Positions 19,201 to 27,025 are shown, counted from the stretch's first letter. The stretch: DNA of 64,000 nt from Candidatus Saccharimonadales bacterium (GCA_041751215.1 JBGSXW010000003.1:19613-83612), one strand, 5' to 3'. Notes: a model not told the origin generated them from the sequence alone. Translations and numbers: made by a program.

Positions 19201-19815
19201 GGAGTTAGTGCGCTGGAAGTTCTAGGCCAGCTTAGAATCGTTGACTTTAACCGACTGCAAGATCCAAGCGGACCGCTTATAACTGGCTTCATTGCCCAAG
19301 AAGTTCAAGGTGTTTACGACCAAGCGGTGACCGTTGGAAACGATGGCATGCTCGGTGTGCGCAAGGATGCCTTTATTCCGGTTCTAGTCAAAGGGGTCCA
19401 AGAGCTAGAGGATAGGGTAGCAGATCTGGAAACTCAGCTCTCAAACATCAACCAAATCAGCGGTGATGACATCGCCGCTAACCTAGATATCGAAACGCTT
19501 ACCGTTACAACTGCAGCTACTTTTGAGGGAACTCTGGTTGTAGAGGGCAACGCCACCTTTGCTGGCGATATATCAATCGGCGGCCACTTGCTCGGTAACA
19601 GCGATACTCGCGGTGAGCTATCGATTCCAGCCGGAGTGCTTTCGGCAACCTATAGCTTCACGACACCTTATGCGCAGACTCCAAATGTGGTGGTAACTCC
19701 AACCAATACTTTCGCGCCGAACTACCGAGTGGGCGCTACGAATAGCGGGTTCACAATCTTCTTAGAAGAAGCGGCGGCTTCAGCAGTTAACTTTAGTTTC
19801 CAAGCCCAGCAATAA
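13237..19815 (+). CDS. Giant (2,192 aa) membrane-anchored repetitive fibre/adhesin-like protein with C-terminal S74-type intramolecular chaperone domain
   Basis: Single uninterrupted ORF. One TM span (KLIIAIGVTIAMLAIGGGFVSRLL). Three copies of a ~400-440 aa module and two copies of a 210 aa module. YadA-head-like GxxAxAxG repeats. SDIRTKTNV..LEDRVADLETQL near the C-terminus. Confidence 0.85.
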   Translation: MDENSTNNWNQNPSNTAVADPPVSSNTTPNYEEPVGVSSPSGSVSAVEAPTQGLSLDSDQTVSSQPNIPSTEPTVSSNVSVADTVNAQSSSAAVPTSPLPPTNASSNRDRRPTKLIIAIGVTIAMLAIGGGFVSRLLNTSGDQTAVTPAQFDDQDVDLPGAVIDDSLIAIDGDRSLVINGDVLSQGSFRFYNEDQYGQIAAGDLTGNQVYTLPDESGVLCLNSNNCGFALSDEVIQAGDQLIINNLTGAISIQGTANQINVGAAGNVVTISTPQSIGFASAPRFRTISLTNVGRQNGNIICDISNNCGFAGGAGAFVQGGNSFGAVAVLGTNDNFGLSFETNGNSWVNIDTAGELEVVSGNISTPGILSMSAGGLLTPIFVAANAGGPVAVFNANTTLIRSVTNAETAFLVQGSADDSVLTVSTISKEVTIGASSIGIPALLEVNNTIDTPAFNCSFGCWGIYNNVAIDDSDFLGVFGGLRTNYRTEASPFTLSTGYGVYIGGAVAGAGSTITSNYGLFVQSQTAGTDDYGIAVGVADTQTLWIGSTANSTTANAGIAFGSGRDTNLYRSAANVLQTDDSLRVEDRLQVGGSAAGTIDQCIGVVLFTCDVTVDVYNASTSTTTPTYGIYNQAAITQNTTNTVTNSASYNQLSLGGTGSYALPNIGVSGVVVVGTADATFATGLSGQVISNSILGSVGEAAGVVGSVGFLGNSAAVDSAYSFYASQNSGNIQDNYGLYINDQSGVGSNSNYNIYSEGAGHNLFQGHTAIGADAAVDQAGWTYLFLGGGTATTATSQNVLTVNEEFNDLTVADISNGIVSHVSVSQAVDGGGISGSTNQVVVADTNTGLVDGVFGQNNTILLEGTGAIGGVQGVTNYIDAQLLQNNVGFVYGETTLLVGPSDGNVSDMVGSFTGVSSDAQLGFTVGTMIGHHVGVGGPTLGTLETGIGVFVEGVSGNSNENYGIAVGNVTGGAENYGIAIVATDTQTLWIGTGDDGTDAASGIGFGLSRDTNLYRGAADVLQTDDSLVVGGRGAIGSTASLGQATTLRLAEAHTDEGFVYGIENYLQATAATQALSTAVGNHNGVLVDGSNDVGTIAGSFNEVIYQGTGNVQTIIAGFSSAANYGNTDSLYGISAGAWNDGAAIVGTMQGAYIEATNQGLATSVDGINIALVNDGGVANTATAINIESIENTGGIDDAYGIYIGDQSGVGSVSSYNIYSEGDGYNLFQGHSAFGANATVQAGAVLNVNEEYSGAGDGIRVETSKTGAGGSTYSINNFVELVAGGTATNVGAISNNVNIDNGSTASSTYGGIFQTQVHGTATSVSGLYVDLGVYSTANVGTARGLWIYDSFVEGGATFTDQYGIQIGTQTGATNNYGIAVGEADTQTLWIANTTADPTTANAGIAFGSSRDTNLYRSAADTLRTDDTLIVGGTISVPHSGSNSERFGASTSATGNNTVAVGNGATANFTNSTVIGQGASATGIDSVALGQGATVDGLALALGRSTTSTATGSIAIGYSADATANQSIAIGREALADEISSIAIGREATTTATNQLVIGSSSYGITSAYLGNGVTAASPAGFVLNATGGSGTDIAGANLTLAGGRGTGTGVGGNIIFQYAAAGGSGTSLNALATACSISGTNGSLSCPGAGANSERFGANTVAANANSLAIGASASVTGDGGTAIGRNASVTGSGSSVAIGYNVTATSTTVGIGSSANSNSVVVGVGATDAAGGGTVIVGRSATSGADGIALGRSANASNRSIAIGYGATTSTQNQIVVGSSTTASSYIDEGYFGSGVTSATPTSFLLSATGGSGTDIAGANFTLSGGRGTGSANGGSILFQTTAPGASGGGLRTRATVLGLAGGTGAATFQNLSDSATGFQVLDADGGISVLSVNTIDEHVGVGTNSAAYKLDVNADAPGSYVANFFNDGNDQARNGLRVQAGADDGSGTTYYLDAYDGDGDQVGYLANVGGTFGITDVSDIRTKTNVEDTGVSALEVLGQLRIVDFNRLQDPSGPLITGFIAQEVQGVYDQAVTVGNDGMLGVRKDAFIPVLVKGVQELEDRVADLETQLSNINQISGDDIAANLDIETLTVTTAATFEGTLVVEGNATFAGDISIGGHLLGNSDTRGELSIPAGVLSATYSFTTPYAQTPNVVVTPTNTFAPNYRVGATNSGFTIFLEEAAASAVNFSFQAQQ
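14821..17530 (+). repeat. Coding repeats: conserved terminal block of a thrice-repeated ~400-440 aa module
   Basis: NYGIAVG.ADTQTLWI..GIAFGS.RDTNLYRSAA..L.TDD.L recurs starting at nt 14821, 16153 and 17350. YNIYSEG.G.NLFQGH recurs twice. Confidence 0.8.
17551..18810 (+). repeat. Coding tandem duplication, 2 x 630 nt (210 aa)
   Basis: AACAGTGAACGTTTTGGTGC at 17551 and AACAGTGAGAGATTTGGTGC at 18181. Both units end GGSGTDIAGAN.TL.GGRGTG..GG.I.FQ. Confidence 0.8.
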
Positions 19816-19820
19816 GTTTA

Positions 19821-19840
19821 GCCACTTTTCAAAAAGTGGC
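19821..19840 (+). terminator. Hairpin immediately after the giant gene
   Basis: GCCACTTT-TCAA-AAAGTGGC, a perfect 8-bp stem. No clear U-tract. Confidence 0.35.
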
Positions 19841-19852
19841 CCAAAACTTTCC

Positions 19853-19973
19853 CACTGCCACCAAAACACTCATGACCTTGGCTAGCTCAAGCCTTGGGCA
19901 GTTGCGGAGTCCGTATGAACAGTCCTCACTGCGTCAGGCCTTGCGCTAGCCAAGCTCAGTGGTTTTGGCAGAT
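19853..19973. repeat. GC-rich ~120-nt imperfect palindrome (structured intergenic element)
   Basis: The arm CACTGCCACCAAAACACTCATGACCTTGGCTAGC pairs with GCTAGCCAAGCTCAGTGGTTTTGGCAG. About 25 bp pair, with two 3-nt bulges. The centre contains a GCCTTG direct repeat. Confidence 0.5.
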
Positions 19974-20082
19974 GCGGGGTTTATGAATCTATGCCTTTTA
20001 CTTAGACTTTGCTGAGAGACCAGAGATCTAGTCGCAGGAGCCTATAACTGTTATGATTATAGAGAAGCGAGGAAGACAAAAA

Positions 20083-20841
20083 GTGACTCACATAATAGCG
20101 ATTGCCAATCAAAAAGGGGGAGTGGGCAAGACCACGACGGCTATTAATTTGGGTGCGTATTTATCGAAGCAGCGCAAGAAGGTTTTAATTGTTGATCTTG
20201 ACCCGCAGGCCAACACAACTAGCGGACTTGGCATTAACAAGAACACTCTCTCCGGATCTGTTCAGGACGTTTTATTTAACCCGCCAAGTGTTGCCGGAAC
20301 TCTACTCGAGACAGAGTTCGATGGCCTAATGCTATTGCCAGCTCGACCGGAACTAGCAACTACTGAAGTAACGCTGGTAAATGAGGCCGATAGGGAGTTT
20401 CGACTTAAAAAAGCCCTAGAGCAACTGGATTTTGACGTAATTTTGATAGACTGCCCACCGGCTTTGGGCTTGCTAACAATTAACGCTCTAACAGCGGCCA
20501 AGCACTTATTAATACCGGTTCAGGCAGAGTACTACGCACTCGAAGGCTTGGGGCAACTACTTGAAACCGTCCAGCGCATCCGCGAAGCGCTCAATCCTGA
20601 CCTAGAGCTACTGGGACTGGTACTAACCATGTTTAATAGTCGGACCAGTTTGGCTAGTGGGGTTCAGGATGAAGTAAAGCGCCATTTCGGCGACAAAGTC
20701 TTTAAAACCGTGATTCCGCGCAATGTCCGTCTGGCCGAGGCGCCGAGTTATGGCAAGCCAATTTCTGAGCATGACCGATGGAGCAAGGGTGCAAAAAGCT
20801 ATAAGCAGCTAGCCAAAGAGCTTACGGATAGATTAAAATAG
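20083..20841 (+). CDS. parA: Chromosome partitioning ATPase ParA/Soj
   Basis: IAIANQKGGVGKTTTAINL is the deviant Walker A. GTG at 20083 after GAGGAAG is preferred over the track ATG at 20053, which also remains possible. Confidence 0.9.
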   Translation: MTHIIAIANQKGGVGKTTTAINLGAYLSKQRKKVLIVDLDPQANTTSGLGINKNTLSGSVQDVLFNPPSVAGTLLETEFDGLMLLPARPELATTEVTLVNEADREFRLKKALEQLDFDVILIDCPPALGLLTINALTAAKHLLIPVQAEYYALEGLGQLLETVQRIREALNPDLELLGLVLTMFNSRTSLASGVQDEVKRHFGDKVFKTVIPRNVRLAEAPSYGKPISEHDRWSKGAKSYKQLAKELTDRLK

Positions 20842-20867
20842 AGAATGATATAAAAGGGGCAGGATAA

Positions 20868-21734
20868 ATGGCACAAAATAAAGGACTTGGTCGCGGTTTT
20901 GACTCGTTGATTCCCAACGACGTTAAGGCGGAGCTAGCGGATGATCCCTCGGGGTCAATTCGAACAAAAAAAGTGCTCATTCAAGACATTGTTCCAAACC
21001 CCGAACAGCCAAGACGGCTTTTTAAGGACCAAGCTCTGCAAGAACTTGCGATTTCGATTAAAGAACACGGCATTTTACAGCCGGTAGTGGTAATTGCCCA
21101 AGAAGATAAGTATCGATTAGTCGCCGGCGAGAGACGTTGGCGAGCTGCTCAAATAGCAGGGCTAGAAGCAGTTCCGGCCATCATCCGCACCCTAAACGAA
21201 CAGCAAGAACTCGAGATGTCCCTGATCGAGAACCTCCAGCGCGAAGACTTAACACCGCTTGAGGCAGCAGCCGCTTTTGTGAAGTTAATTAACGAGTTTA
21301 ACCTAACGCATAGCGAGATTGGTGGGCGAGTCGGCAAGGCAGAAACCACCATTAATAACATCGTCCGTCTTTTGAACTTGCCCGATCCGGCAAAGTTAGC
21401 GCTTCAACAGGGCAGAATAAGCGAGGGCCATGCGCGGCAAATCCTAGCGCTGGATGGTAACTCCAAAAAGCAGCAAGAGCTTTTAGATCTGATAATTCGT
21501 CACAAATGGACTGTCCGGCAAGCCGAGAACTTCGTTCTGGCCTATAAAGAGGGCGCCAAAGATCAAGCCGCCGCTGTTAAGCGCACCCTTAACGAAACGC
21601 CAGAAACTAAGCGCCTCAGCGACTTTATTAAAGCTCCGGTTCGAATCCAAAACATGGCCAAGGGCGGGCGACTAATAATCGACTACAAAGATCCCAAGGA
21701 TCTCGACCGAATTACCAAAAAACTCACAAACTAG
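20868..21734 (+). CDS. parB: Chromosome partitioning protein ParB/Spo0J
   Basis: GLGRGFDSLIP, GILQPVVV, VAGERRWRAA and an HTH segment. Confidence 0.93.
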   Translation: MAQNKGLGRGFDSLIPNDVKAELADDPSGSIRTKKVLIQDIVPNPEQPRRLFKDQALQELAISIKEHGILQPVVVIAQEDKYRLVAGERRWRAAQIAGLEAVPAIIRTLNEQQELEMSLIENLQREDLTPLEAAAAFVKLINEFNLTHSEIGGRVGKAETTINNIVRLLNLPDPAKLALQQGRISEGHARQILALDGNSKKQQELLDLIIRHKWTVRQAENFVLAYKEGAKDQAAAVKRTLNETPETKRLSDFIKAPVRIQNMAKGGRLIIDYKDPKDLDRITKKLTN

Positions 21735-21736
21735 AC

Positions 21737-22516
21737 TTAGTAAAATTTAGCGTCAGACAGTGGAACTATGCGTAGCACTAGTTCGCCGACCAAATTCTCA
21801 ACTGGCACTAAGCCAAGTTGATTGCGCGAGTCTAGTGATCCGGCGGAGGTTCGGTTATCGCCGCTAACAAATAGTTCGCCTTCGCCGACACGAACATCGA
21901 TGTTGCCAGTTCGTTGAGCAGGTAGGGTGTCTTCGTACTCAAGGTCAGGGTTAAAGCCGCCTGGCTGCTCGCTGTTAAAAATCGTAATGATTCCATCGGA
22001 GACTAAAACTCGGTCCCCGGGCAGTCCGATTACACGCTTGATTAGATTTTCGTTAGTTTGCGCTGGGCTTTTAAAGACTACAATTTCACCTCTGTTAGGG
22101 ATGTATTGACCGCCAGTTAAGGAAGCCCAGGTTTTACCGATCTTTACGATTATTAAGCGGTCGCCGTCATCGAGTGTCGGCACCATGCTTAGGCCGTAAA
22201 CTTGATAGGGCTGAAACAAAAACTTAACAACAACAATTGCTACAATTAACGATCCGCCGACGAGTTTTATCATTCCCCAGGCGTTGCCAAAAAACTTTTC
22301 TCGGCCCGAGGGCTTATTAGCGTCAGGGAGCGAGCTATCCGGGTGAATTGGTGGCTGATGATGAGTATCTGGGGTGTCTGAATAGGGTACACCGGCTGGG
22401 TGAGGGTCGATGTTTGGCTGATGATGAGCTGAGTGATTTTTAGGTGTAGGCGAGGGGCCAGAAACTGGTTGATTTGTAGGCTCATGACCTGTAGTATCGT
22501 GATTCGTACCTTGCAT
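21737..22516 (-). CDS. lepB: Signal peptidase I with His/Pro-rich N-terminal extension
   Basis: GLSMVPTL (Ser box), NLIKRVIGLPGD (Lys box) and FVSGDNRTSAGSLDSR. The N-terminal ~75 aa are low-complexity (HHQP repeats). Confidence 0.9.
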   Translation of the reverse strand: MQGTNHDTTGHEPTNQPVSGPSPTPKNHSAHHQPNIDPHPAGVPYSDTPDTHHQPPIHPDSSLPDANKPSGREKFFGNAWGMIKLVGGSLIVAIVVVKFLFQPYQVYGLSMVPTLDDGDRLIIVKIGKTWASLTGGQYIPNRGEIVVFKSPAQTNENLIKRVIGLPGDRVLVSDGIITIFNSEQPGGFNPDLEYEDTLPAQRTGNIDVRVGEGELFVSGDNRTSAGSLDSRNQLGLVPVENLVGELVLRIVPLSDAKFY

Positions 22517-22613
22517 AGGCTCTCATTATACCTTTTGTAATTAATTGCGAAACAAAATTGTTTACGCTTAACCGCCGGAGAAGCTATACTTAAGGACATT
22601 ACGATCACGATTT

Positions 22614-24227
22614 ATGAAGAAGAAACAACCACGTAAAAGCAATGTAGAAGGGTTCGTTAACCGTCGCCGGATGGGTACAATCGGTGACTTTAAGAGTTCT
22701 GTACCAATTAAAGATGCACCGGATCGCAAAGAAACAGCTGGTTTAAACAATCGAAGGACCGGTTTTACCGAAGAAGGGGGCTCAGACTATGACATCTTGC
22801 GCGAAAACGAGGAAACAACTGTGAACGAAGTAAGTAGCCGCCGCCTACGACGTGGGCAAAAAAAGCCTACCAAGAATCCGATCAAGCGTTGGTGGCGCTG
22901 GCGCAAAGCTCGCAGGGAGCGACTGAAGGCCAAGCGAGCTAATGAATCGAGACGCCGCAAGATTTTGCGCCGGTTCTTTAAGATACTGCTCTGGGGCTTA
23001 ATCATCGCTGCGGCTTACTTCTTCCTTAAAACCTACTTAACGATCAACAGCATTATTGAACGCGACCCCAACGAAGGGGCAATCGCGGTTTGCGAAGAAC
23101 CGTCAGCCGACGATGTTTTGACCGAAGGCGACAGCCGCGTAAACATTCTGTTGGTTGGTCACGGTGGCCCTAACCACGACGGCGGAGACTTGGCTGACAG
23201 TATTATCATAGTTAGCCTAGACGCCGTTAATAATCAGGTATCGTTGCTGAGTATTCCAAGAGACATGTACGTGGAGATTCCTGGTTTTGGCCAAGATCGT
23301 ATTAATGCCTCGCACGCTTACGGTGAACAGCGCCGAAAAGGCCAGGGAGTTAAGGTCCTAGAGCAGACTCTAGAACAAACGCTCGATACCCGAATTCACT
23401 ATTACGTTCGACTCGACTTCAAGGGCTTTATTCAGGCCGTTGATGCAGTTGGCGGTGTCAGTTTGCGGGTTACCAACCCAGTAATTAATGACTACAACTT
23501 CTCTTGGATGACCGAAGGAAGACCGCTAAACGTGCCTAAGGGTCAACGTGAACTCGATGGTTTAACTGCCTTGCTCTACGCACGCTCACGCTACACCAGT
23601 CCTCGAGGCGACTTTGATCGCAACGACCGACAGCGACAGATTTTAATAGCCCTTAAAAATGAAGTCTTAAGCGCTGGAACCTATAGCGATCCGCGCAAGG
23701 TTAACGAACTCCTAAGTGTTGCCGGATCACACGTCAGAACCAACATCGGACTAGACGAAATGCGCTGTTTGTACGACTCAGCTAGCGAAATTAGCGATTC
23801 AAGCATTATTTCTAAGGGTCTAAATGCCGAGAACTACCTAATGGGAACATCAGTTAACGGAGCTTCTGTGCAGGTTCCAAAAACTGGCAACTACAACTCT
23901 ATAAAAAACTTTGTCAGACGATTGTTTGCCGATGGGTTCATAACGCGTGAAGCGGCTCCGATCGATATCTTTAACGGGACTCGACAAGCCGGGGCGGCCA
24001 ACGACTTGTCGAACAAGCTAAAATCCTACGGCTACAACATCGGTGAAGTAGCTAACGCCCCAACTAGAGACATAATCGGCATCACTATTTACGAGCAAGA
24101 CGGCGAGGACAAACCCTACACCAAACGTTATCTCGAGAAGCGATTTGATGTAGAAGTAACAGATGGCGACTTGCCCGAGGGCATCACATCGACGGCTAAG
24201 TTTGTTATCATACTTGGGTCACAATGA
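22614..24227 (+). CDS. LytR-CpsA-Psr (LCP) family cell-envelope phosphotransferase
   Basis: Basic cytoplasmic tail, one TM, then NILLVGHGG..GDLADSIIIVSLD..LLSIPRDMYVEIPG. C-terminal LytR_C-like segment. Confidence 0.9.
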   Translation: MKKKQPRKSNVEGFVNRRRMGTIGDFKSSVPIKDAPDRKETAGLNNRRTGFTEEGGSDYDILRENEETTVNEVSSRRLRRGQKKPTKNPIKRWWRWRKARRERLKAKRANESRRRKILRRFFKILLWGLIIAAAYFFLKTYLTINSIIERDPNEGAIAVCEEPSADDVLTEGDSRVNILLVGHGGPNHDGGDLADSIIIVSLDAVNNQVSLLSIPRDMYVEIPGFGQDRINASHAYGEQRRKGQGVKVLEQTLEQTLDTRIHYYVRLDFKGFIQAVDAVGGVSLRVTNPVINDYNFSWMTEGRPLNVPKGQRELDGLTALLYARSRYTSPRGDFDRNDRQRQILIALKNEVLSAGTYSDPRKVNELLSVAGSHVRTNIGLDEMRCLYDSASEISDSSIISKGLNAENYLMGTSVNGASVQVPKTGNYNSIKNFVRRLFADGFITREAAPIDIFNGTRQAGAANDLSNKLKSYGYNIGEVANAPTRDIIGITIYEQDGEDKPYTKRYLEKRFDVEVTDGDLPEGITSTAKFVIILGSQ

Positions 24228-24994
24228 GACGACTAAGAGCAAGCAAGAACGAAGACAAGCCGGCTCGCCGGTACAATGTCATTAAAATCAGTTCGGTAAT
24301 GCACACTGTTTACAACGTGGCCTTACCGATAGCCCTGCTGTTTATGGTTAGAGCTGGATTGACCGAACTGGCAGTCATAGTTGTGCTGCTAAGTAAATGG
24401 CGAGTTTTTGCAGTTAAGCCAAGGTATTGGGTGGTTAACCTGCGCAGCAACGCCGTGGATCTAATTGTTAAGCTCGGTACCGTCGGATTTATTATTCAGT
24501 CTGAAACCTGGCCAGCTCAAGTAGCTTGGACAGCTTGGTATGTAATGTGGCTGATCTTCATTAAGCCTGGCTCTACACACGCGATGGTGAGCTTGCAGGC
24601 AATGATCGGGCAGTTTATTGGTCTCTCAGCACTCTTTTTATGGGGTAGCCAGCTTGGTTTGACCGCCTTTGTAGTAGCTAGTTGGTTTATCGGGTATTCG
24701 GTGGCTCGTCACTTCCTAAGCAGTTACGAAGAGCCCTTGGCGCGCTTAATGTCATATCTGTGGGCTTTATTTATCGCTCAGCTGGTGTGGCTGATGTGGC
24801 ACTGGTCTTTGGCTTACTTTATAGTCCCGCAAGTATCGATCTTTGCCTTGATGATTGGCTATACACTAGGCAGCGCCTACCATAACTTCCGCGAGGATAC
24901 GCTAAAAGCTCATTATGTACGGGACCAAGTGCTTTTGGTCTCTGGTATACTGGCATTATTAATAGTTCTGTCTGACTGGCGGGGCGGGTTCTAA
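24224..24994 (+). CDS. Hypothetical polytopic membrane protein
   Basis: 6-7 hydrophobic spans. ATGA overlap with the LCP gene. No family recognised. Confidence 0.6.
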   Translation: MRRLRASKNEDKPARRYNVIKISSVMHTVYNVALPIALLFMVRAGLTELAVIVVLLSKWRVFAVKPRYWVVNLRSNAVDLIVKLGTVGFIIQSETWPAQVAWTAWYVMWLIFIKPGSTHAMVSLQAMIGQFIGLSALFLWGSQLGLTAFVVASWFIGYSVARHFLSSYEEPLARLMSYLWALFIAQLVWLMWHWSLAYFIVPQVSIFALMIGYTLGSAYHNFREDTLKAHYVRDQVLLVSGILALLIVLSDWRGGF

Positions 24995-25033
24995 AAGACC
25001 AAGCAATAATAGGTAAAACTGCGGGTGAGGGTG

Positions 25034-26215
25034 ATGGAAGAAACTCCTAAGACAACAGATCAACCAGTAGCGACTAAATCGGTTCACGAGGCTCCTAAGC
25101 ACTGGCTCTTGCTGGCCTTGGTTATGCTGTGCTTCGGCGCTGGCTTTGGCGGCGGCTGGGTGGGGTCATCGGTTAACAACAGCGAGTCGCCAGTGTCTTC
25201 GTCTACTGCCCAAACAGTTATCTCTAGCGAAAGCGAGTTAATCAACGAGTTGGTTCAAGAGGTCGGGCCGAGCGTGGTATCGATAACTGCAACTAGTCGG
25301 TTCAGGCAAGGCTCCATCTACTACGGATCTAGGCTCTATGAAAGTCAGAGTGCTGGTACGGGAGTAATTGTTAGTTCAGACGGCTACATCATGACCAACC
25401 GACACGTCATCCCAGAAGGGGTTAGCAAGCTAGCGATCGTTACTTCGGACGGAACAGAGTACACAAATGTCAGAGTGGTCGGGCGAGATCCTTTTAACGA
25501 CCTGGCTTACTTAAAAATCGACGGCGTAACAAGCCTAAAAGCTGCCAAAATTGGCGATTCTTCGCAGACTCAGGTTGGAGATCGAGTTATCGCCATCGGC
25601 AACGCCCTTGGCCAGTTTGAAAACACTGTGACCTCAGGAATAATTTCGGGCCTTGGACGTCCAGTACTGGCCGGTGAGGGCGAAGATCTCGAGCAACTAA
25701 CCAATCTTTTGCAAACCGATGCCGCTATTAATCCTGGTAACTCTGGCGGGCCACTAATAAACGTTAACGGCGAGGTTATTGGCATTAACACAGCTGTTGC
25801 TGGAGAAGGCGAGAATATTGGCTTTGCTATTCCGGTAAACGATGCTGTCAGCGGCATAAAGAGCGTGACTACTCAAGGCAAGCTAGTAAAAGCTTATCTC
25901 GGAGTGCGCTACATCATGCTCAGCCCGGTTATTGCTCGTGAGGCTGGAGTCGGCGTTAATGAGGGCGCTTTAGTTGTAGCTGGAGCCGGCGAGCCTGCTG
26001 TTGCAAGTGGCAGCCCAGCCGCTAAGGCCGGGTTGAAGCTCAACGACGTCATTACCAAGATCAACGACACCGAACTCAACGAAAATCAGCCGCTCGGAAG
26101 CGTAATCGGGCGATTTAACCCCGATGATACAGTGATGCTAACAGTGGTAAGAGGCGATAGAACCTTAGAGATTGAGGCAGTTCTCGGCGAAGTGCCGCCA
26201 TCACTAATGCGCTAG
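25034..26215 (+). CDS. HtrA/DegP-family serine protease with PDZ domain
   Basis: TNRHV (His), DLAYLKI (Asp) and GNSGGPLIN (Ser). PDZ at the C-terminus. ATG at 25034 after GGGTGAGGG. Confidence 0.9.
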   Translation: MEETPKTTDQPVATKSVHEAPKHWLLLALVMLCFGAGFGGGWVGSSVNNSESPVSSSTAQTVISSESELINELVQEVGPSVVSITATSRFRQGSIYYGSRLYESQSAGTGVIVSSDGYIMTNRHVIPEGVSKLAIVTSDGTEYTNVRVVGRDPFNDLAYLKIDGVTSLKAAKIGDSSQTQVGDRVIAIGNALGQFENTVTSGIISGLGRPVLAGEGEDLEQLTNLLQTDAAINPGNSGGPLINVNGEVIGINTAVAGEGENIGFAIPVNDAVSGIKSVTTQGKLVKAYLGVRYIMLSPVIAREAGVGVNEGALVVAGAGEPAVASGSPAAKAGLKLNDVITKINDTELNENQPLGSVIGRFNPDDTVMLTVVRGDRTLEIEAVLGEVPPSLMR

Positions 26216-26218
26216 CTT

Positions 26219-27025
26219 TTATTGTGCGCGCAAACAGCTAACAAACTTACTGACTTGGCTTAACTCGAGCTGATTTCGCTTGGCAAGCTTTACTAAACTC
26301 TCGAATTGATCTGGCACGTGCTCAATCAAGACTAGGCCGCCCTCGGCTAAGTAGTTTTTGACATCTGATAAAAAGCGGCGATAGTGATCGAGTCCGTCCT
26401 CGCCAGAAACCAAAGCTTCGGTCGGTTCATGGGCAAGTTCTGGCTGATCGACTAGCTGGTCTGGGGTGAGGTAGGGAAGATTGGCGACAATTAAATCAAA
26501 CTGGCCCGACACCTTAGAAAAGAGGTCGCTTTTGCTAAAGCTGATATCGGCATCGAGTCGAGCGGCATTATCTCTGGCGACTCGGAGTGCTTCATCGGAG
26601 TTATCGACGGCTGTTACGCCAAGGTCACGCCGTTCTAGTTTTAGCGCTACTGCCAAGGCACCAGAGCCGGTTCCGACATCTAGTAGCCGTGCACCATGCG
26701 GAGCGTAGGTAAGGGCGTAGTCGATGATTGCCTCAGATTCTGGCCGCGGCGTTAAAACGTCTTCATTAATCTTAAATTCGTGTCCGTAAAACTCTTTGCG
26801 TCCGCTAATTTGCGCTACCGGTTTATTAGTTAGGCGAGTAGCTAACAGATGAGCCAAGCGTCCTTCTTCGTCTTGAGTCAGTTTTTTGTCGTCGTGAGCT
26901 AGCAGCTCGGCACGATCCATCTTTAAAGCCTCGCCCAGCAACAGCTGAGCATCCAGTCGGGCAGAAGTAATGCCCTCGCGGTCTAAAATGCTCGTTCCAA
27001 GACTAAGCCAATCGCGGATGGTCAT
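26219..27025 (-). CDS. prmC: Release-factor glutamine N5-methyltransferase PrmC/HemK
   Basis: LDVGTGSGALAV (SAM motif) and IVANLPYL (NPPY-type motif). In an operon with prfA. Confidence 0.9.
   Translation of the reverse strand: MTIRDWLSLGTSILDREGITSARLDAQLLLGEALKMDRAELLAHDDKKLTQDEEGRLAHLLATRLTNKPVAQISGRKEFYGHEFKINEDVLTPRPESEAIIDYALTYAPHGARLLDVGTGSGALAVALKLERRDLGVTAVDNSDEALRVARDNAARLDADISFSKSDLFSKVSGQFDLIVANLPYLTPDQLVDQPELAHEPTEALVSGEDGLDHYRRFLSDVKNYLAEGGLVLIEHVPDQFESLVKLAKRNQLELSQVSKFVSCLRAQ

Noticed and set aside
13237-19815. Repeats in the giant gene as a CRISPR array or non-coding satellite
   Set aside because: The repeats are long (630 nt and about 1.2-1.3 kb), diverged and in frame, and they translate into coherent protein modules. 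There are no short identical repeats with unique spacers anywhere in the window.
21732-21739. Convergent parB and lepB stop codons separated by 2 nt with no terminator
   Set aside because: It is real in the sequence, but it is a common consequence of genome compaction. I see no specific regulatory implication.
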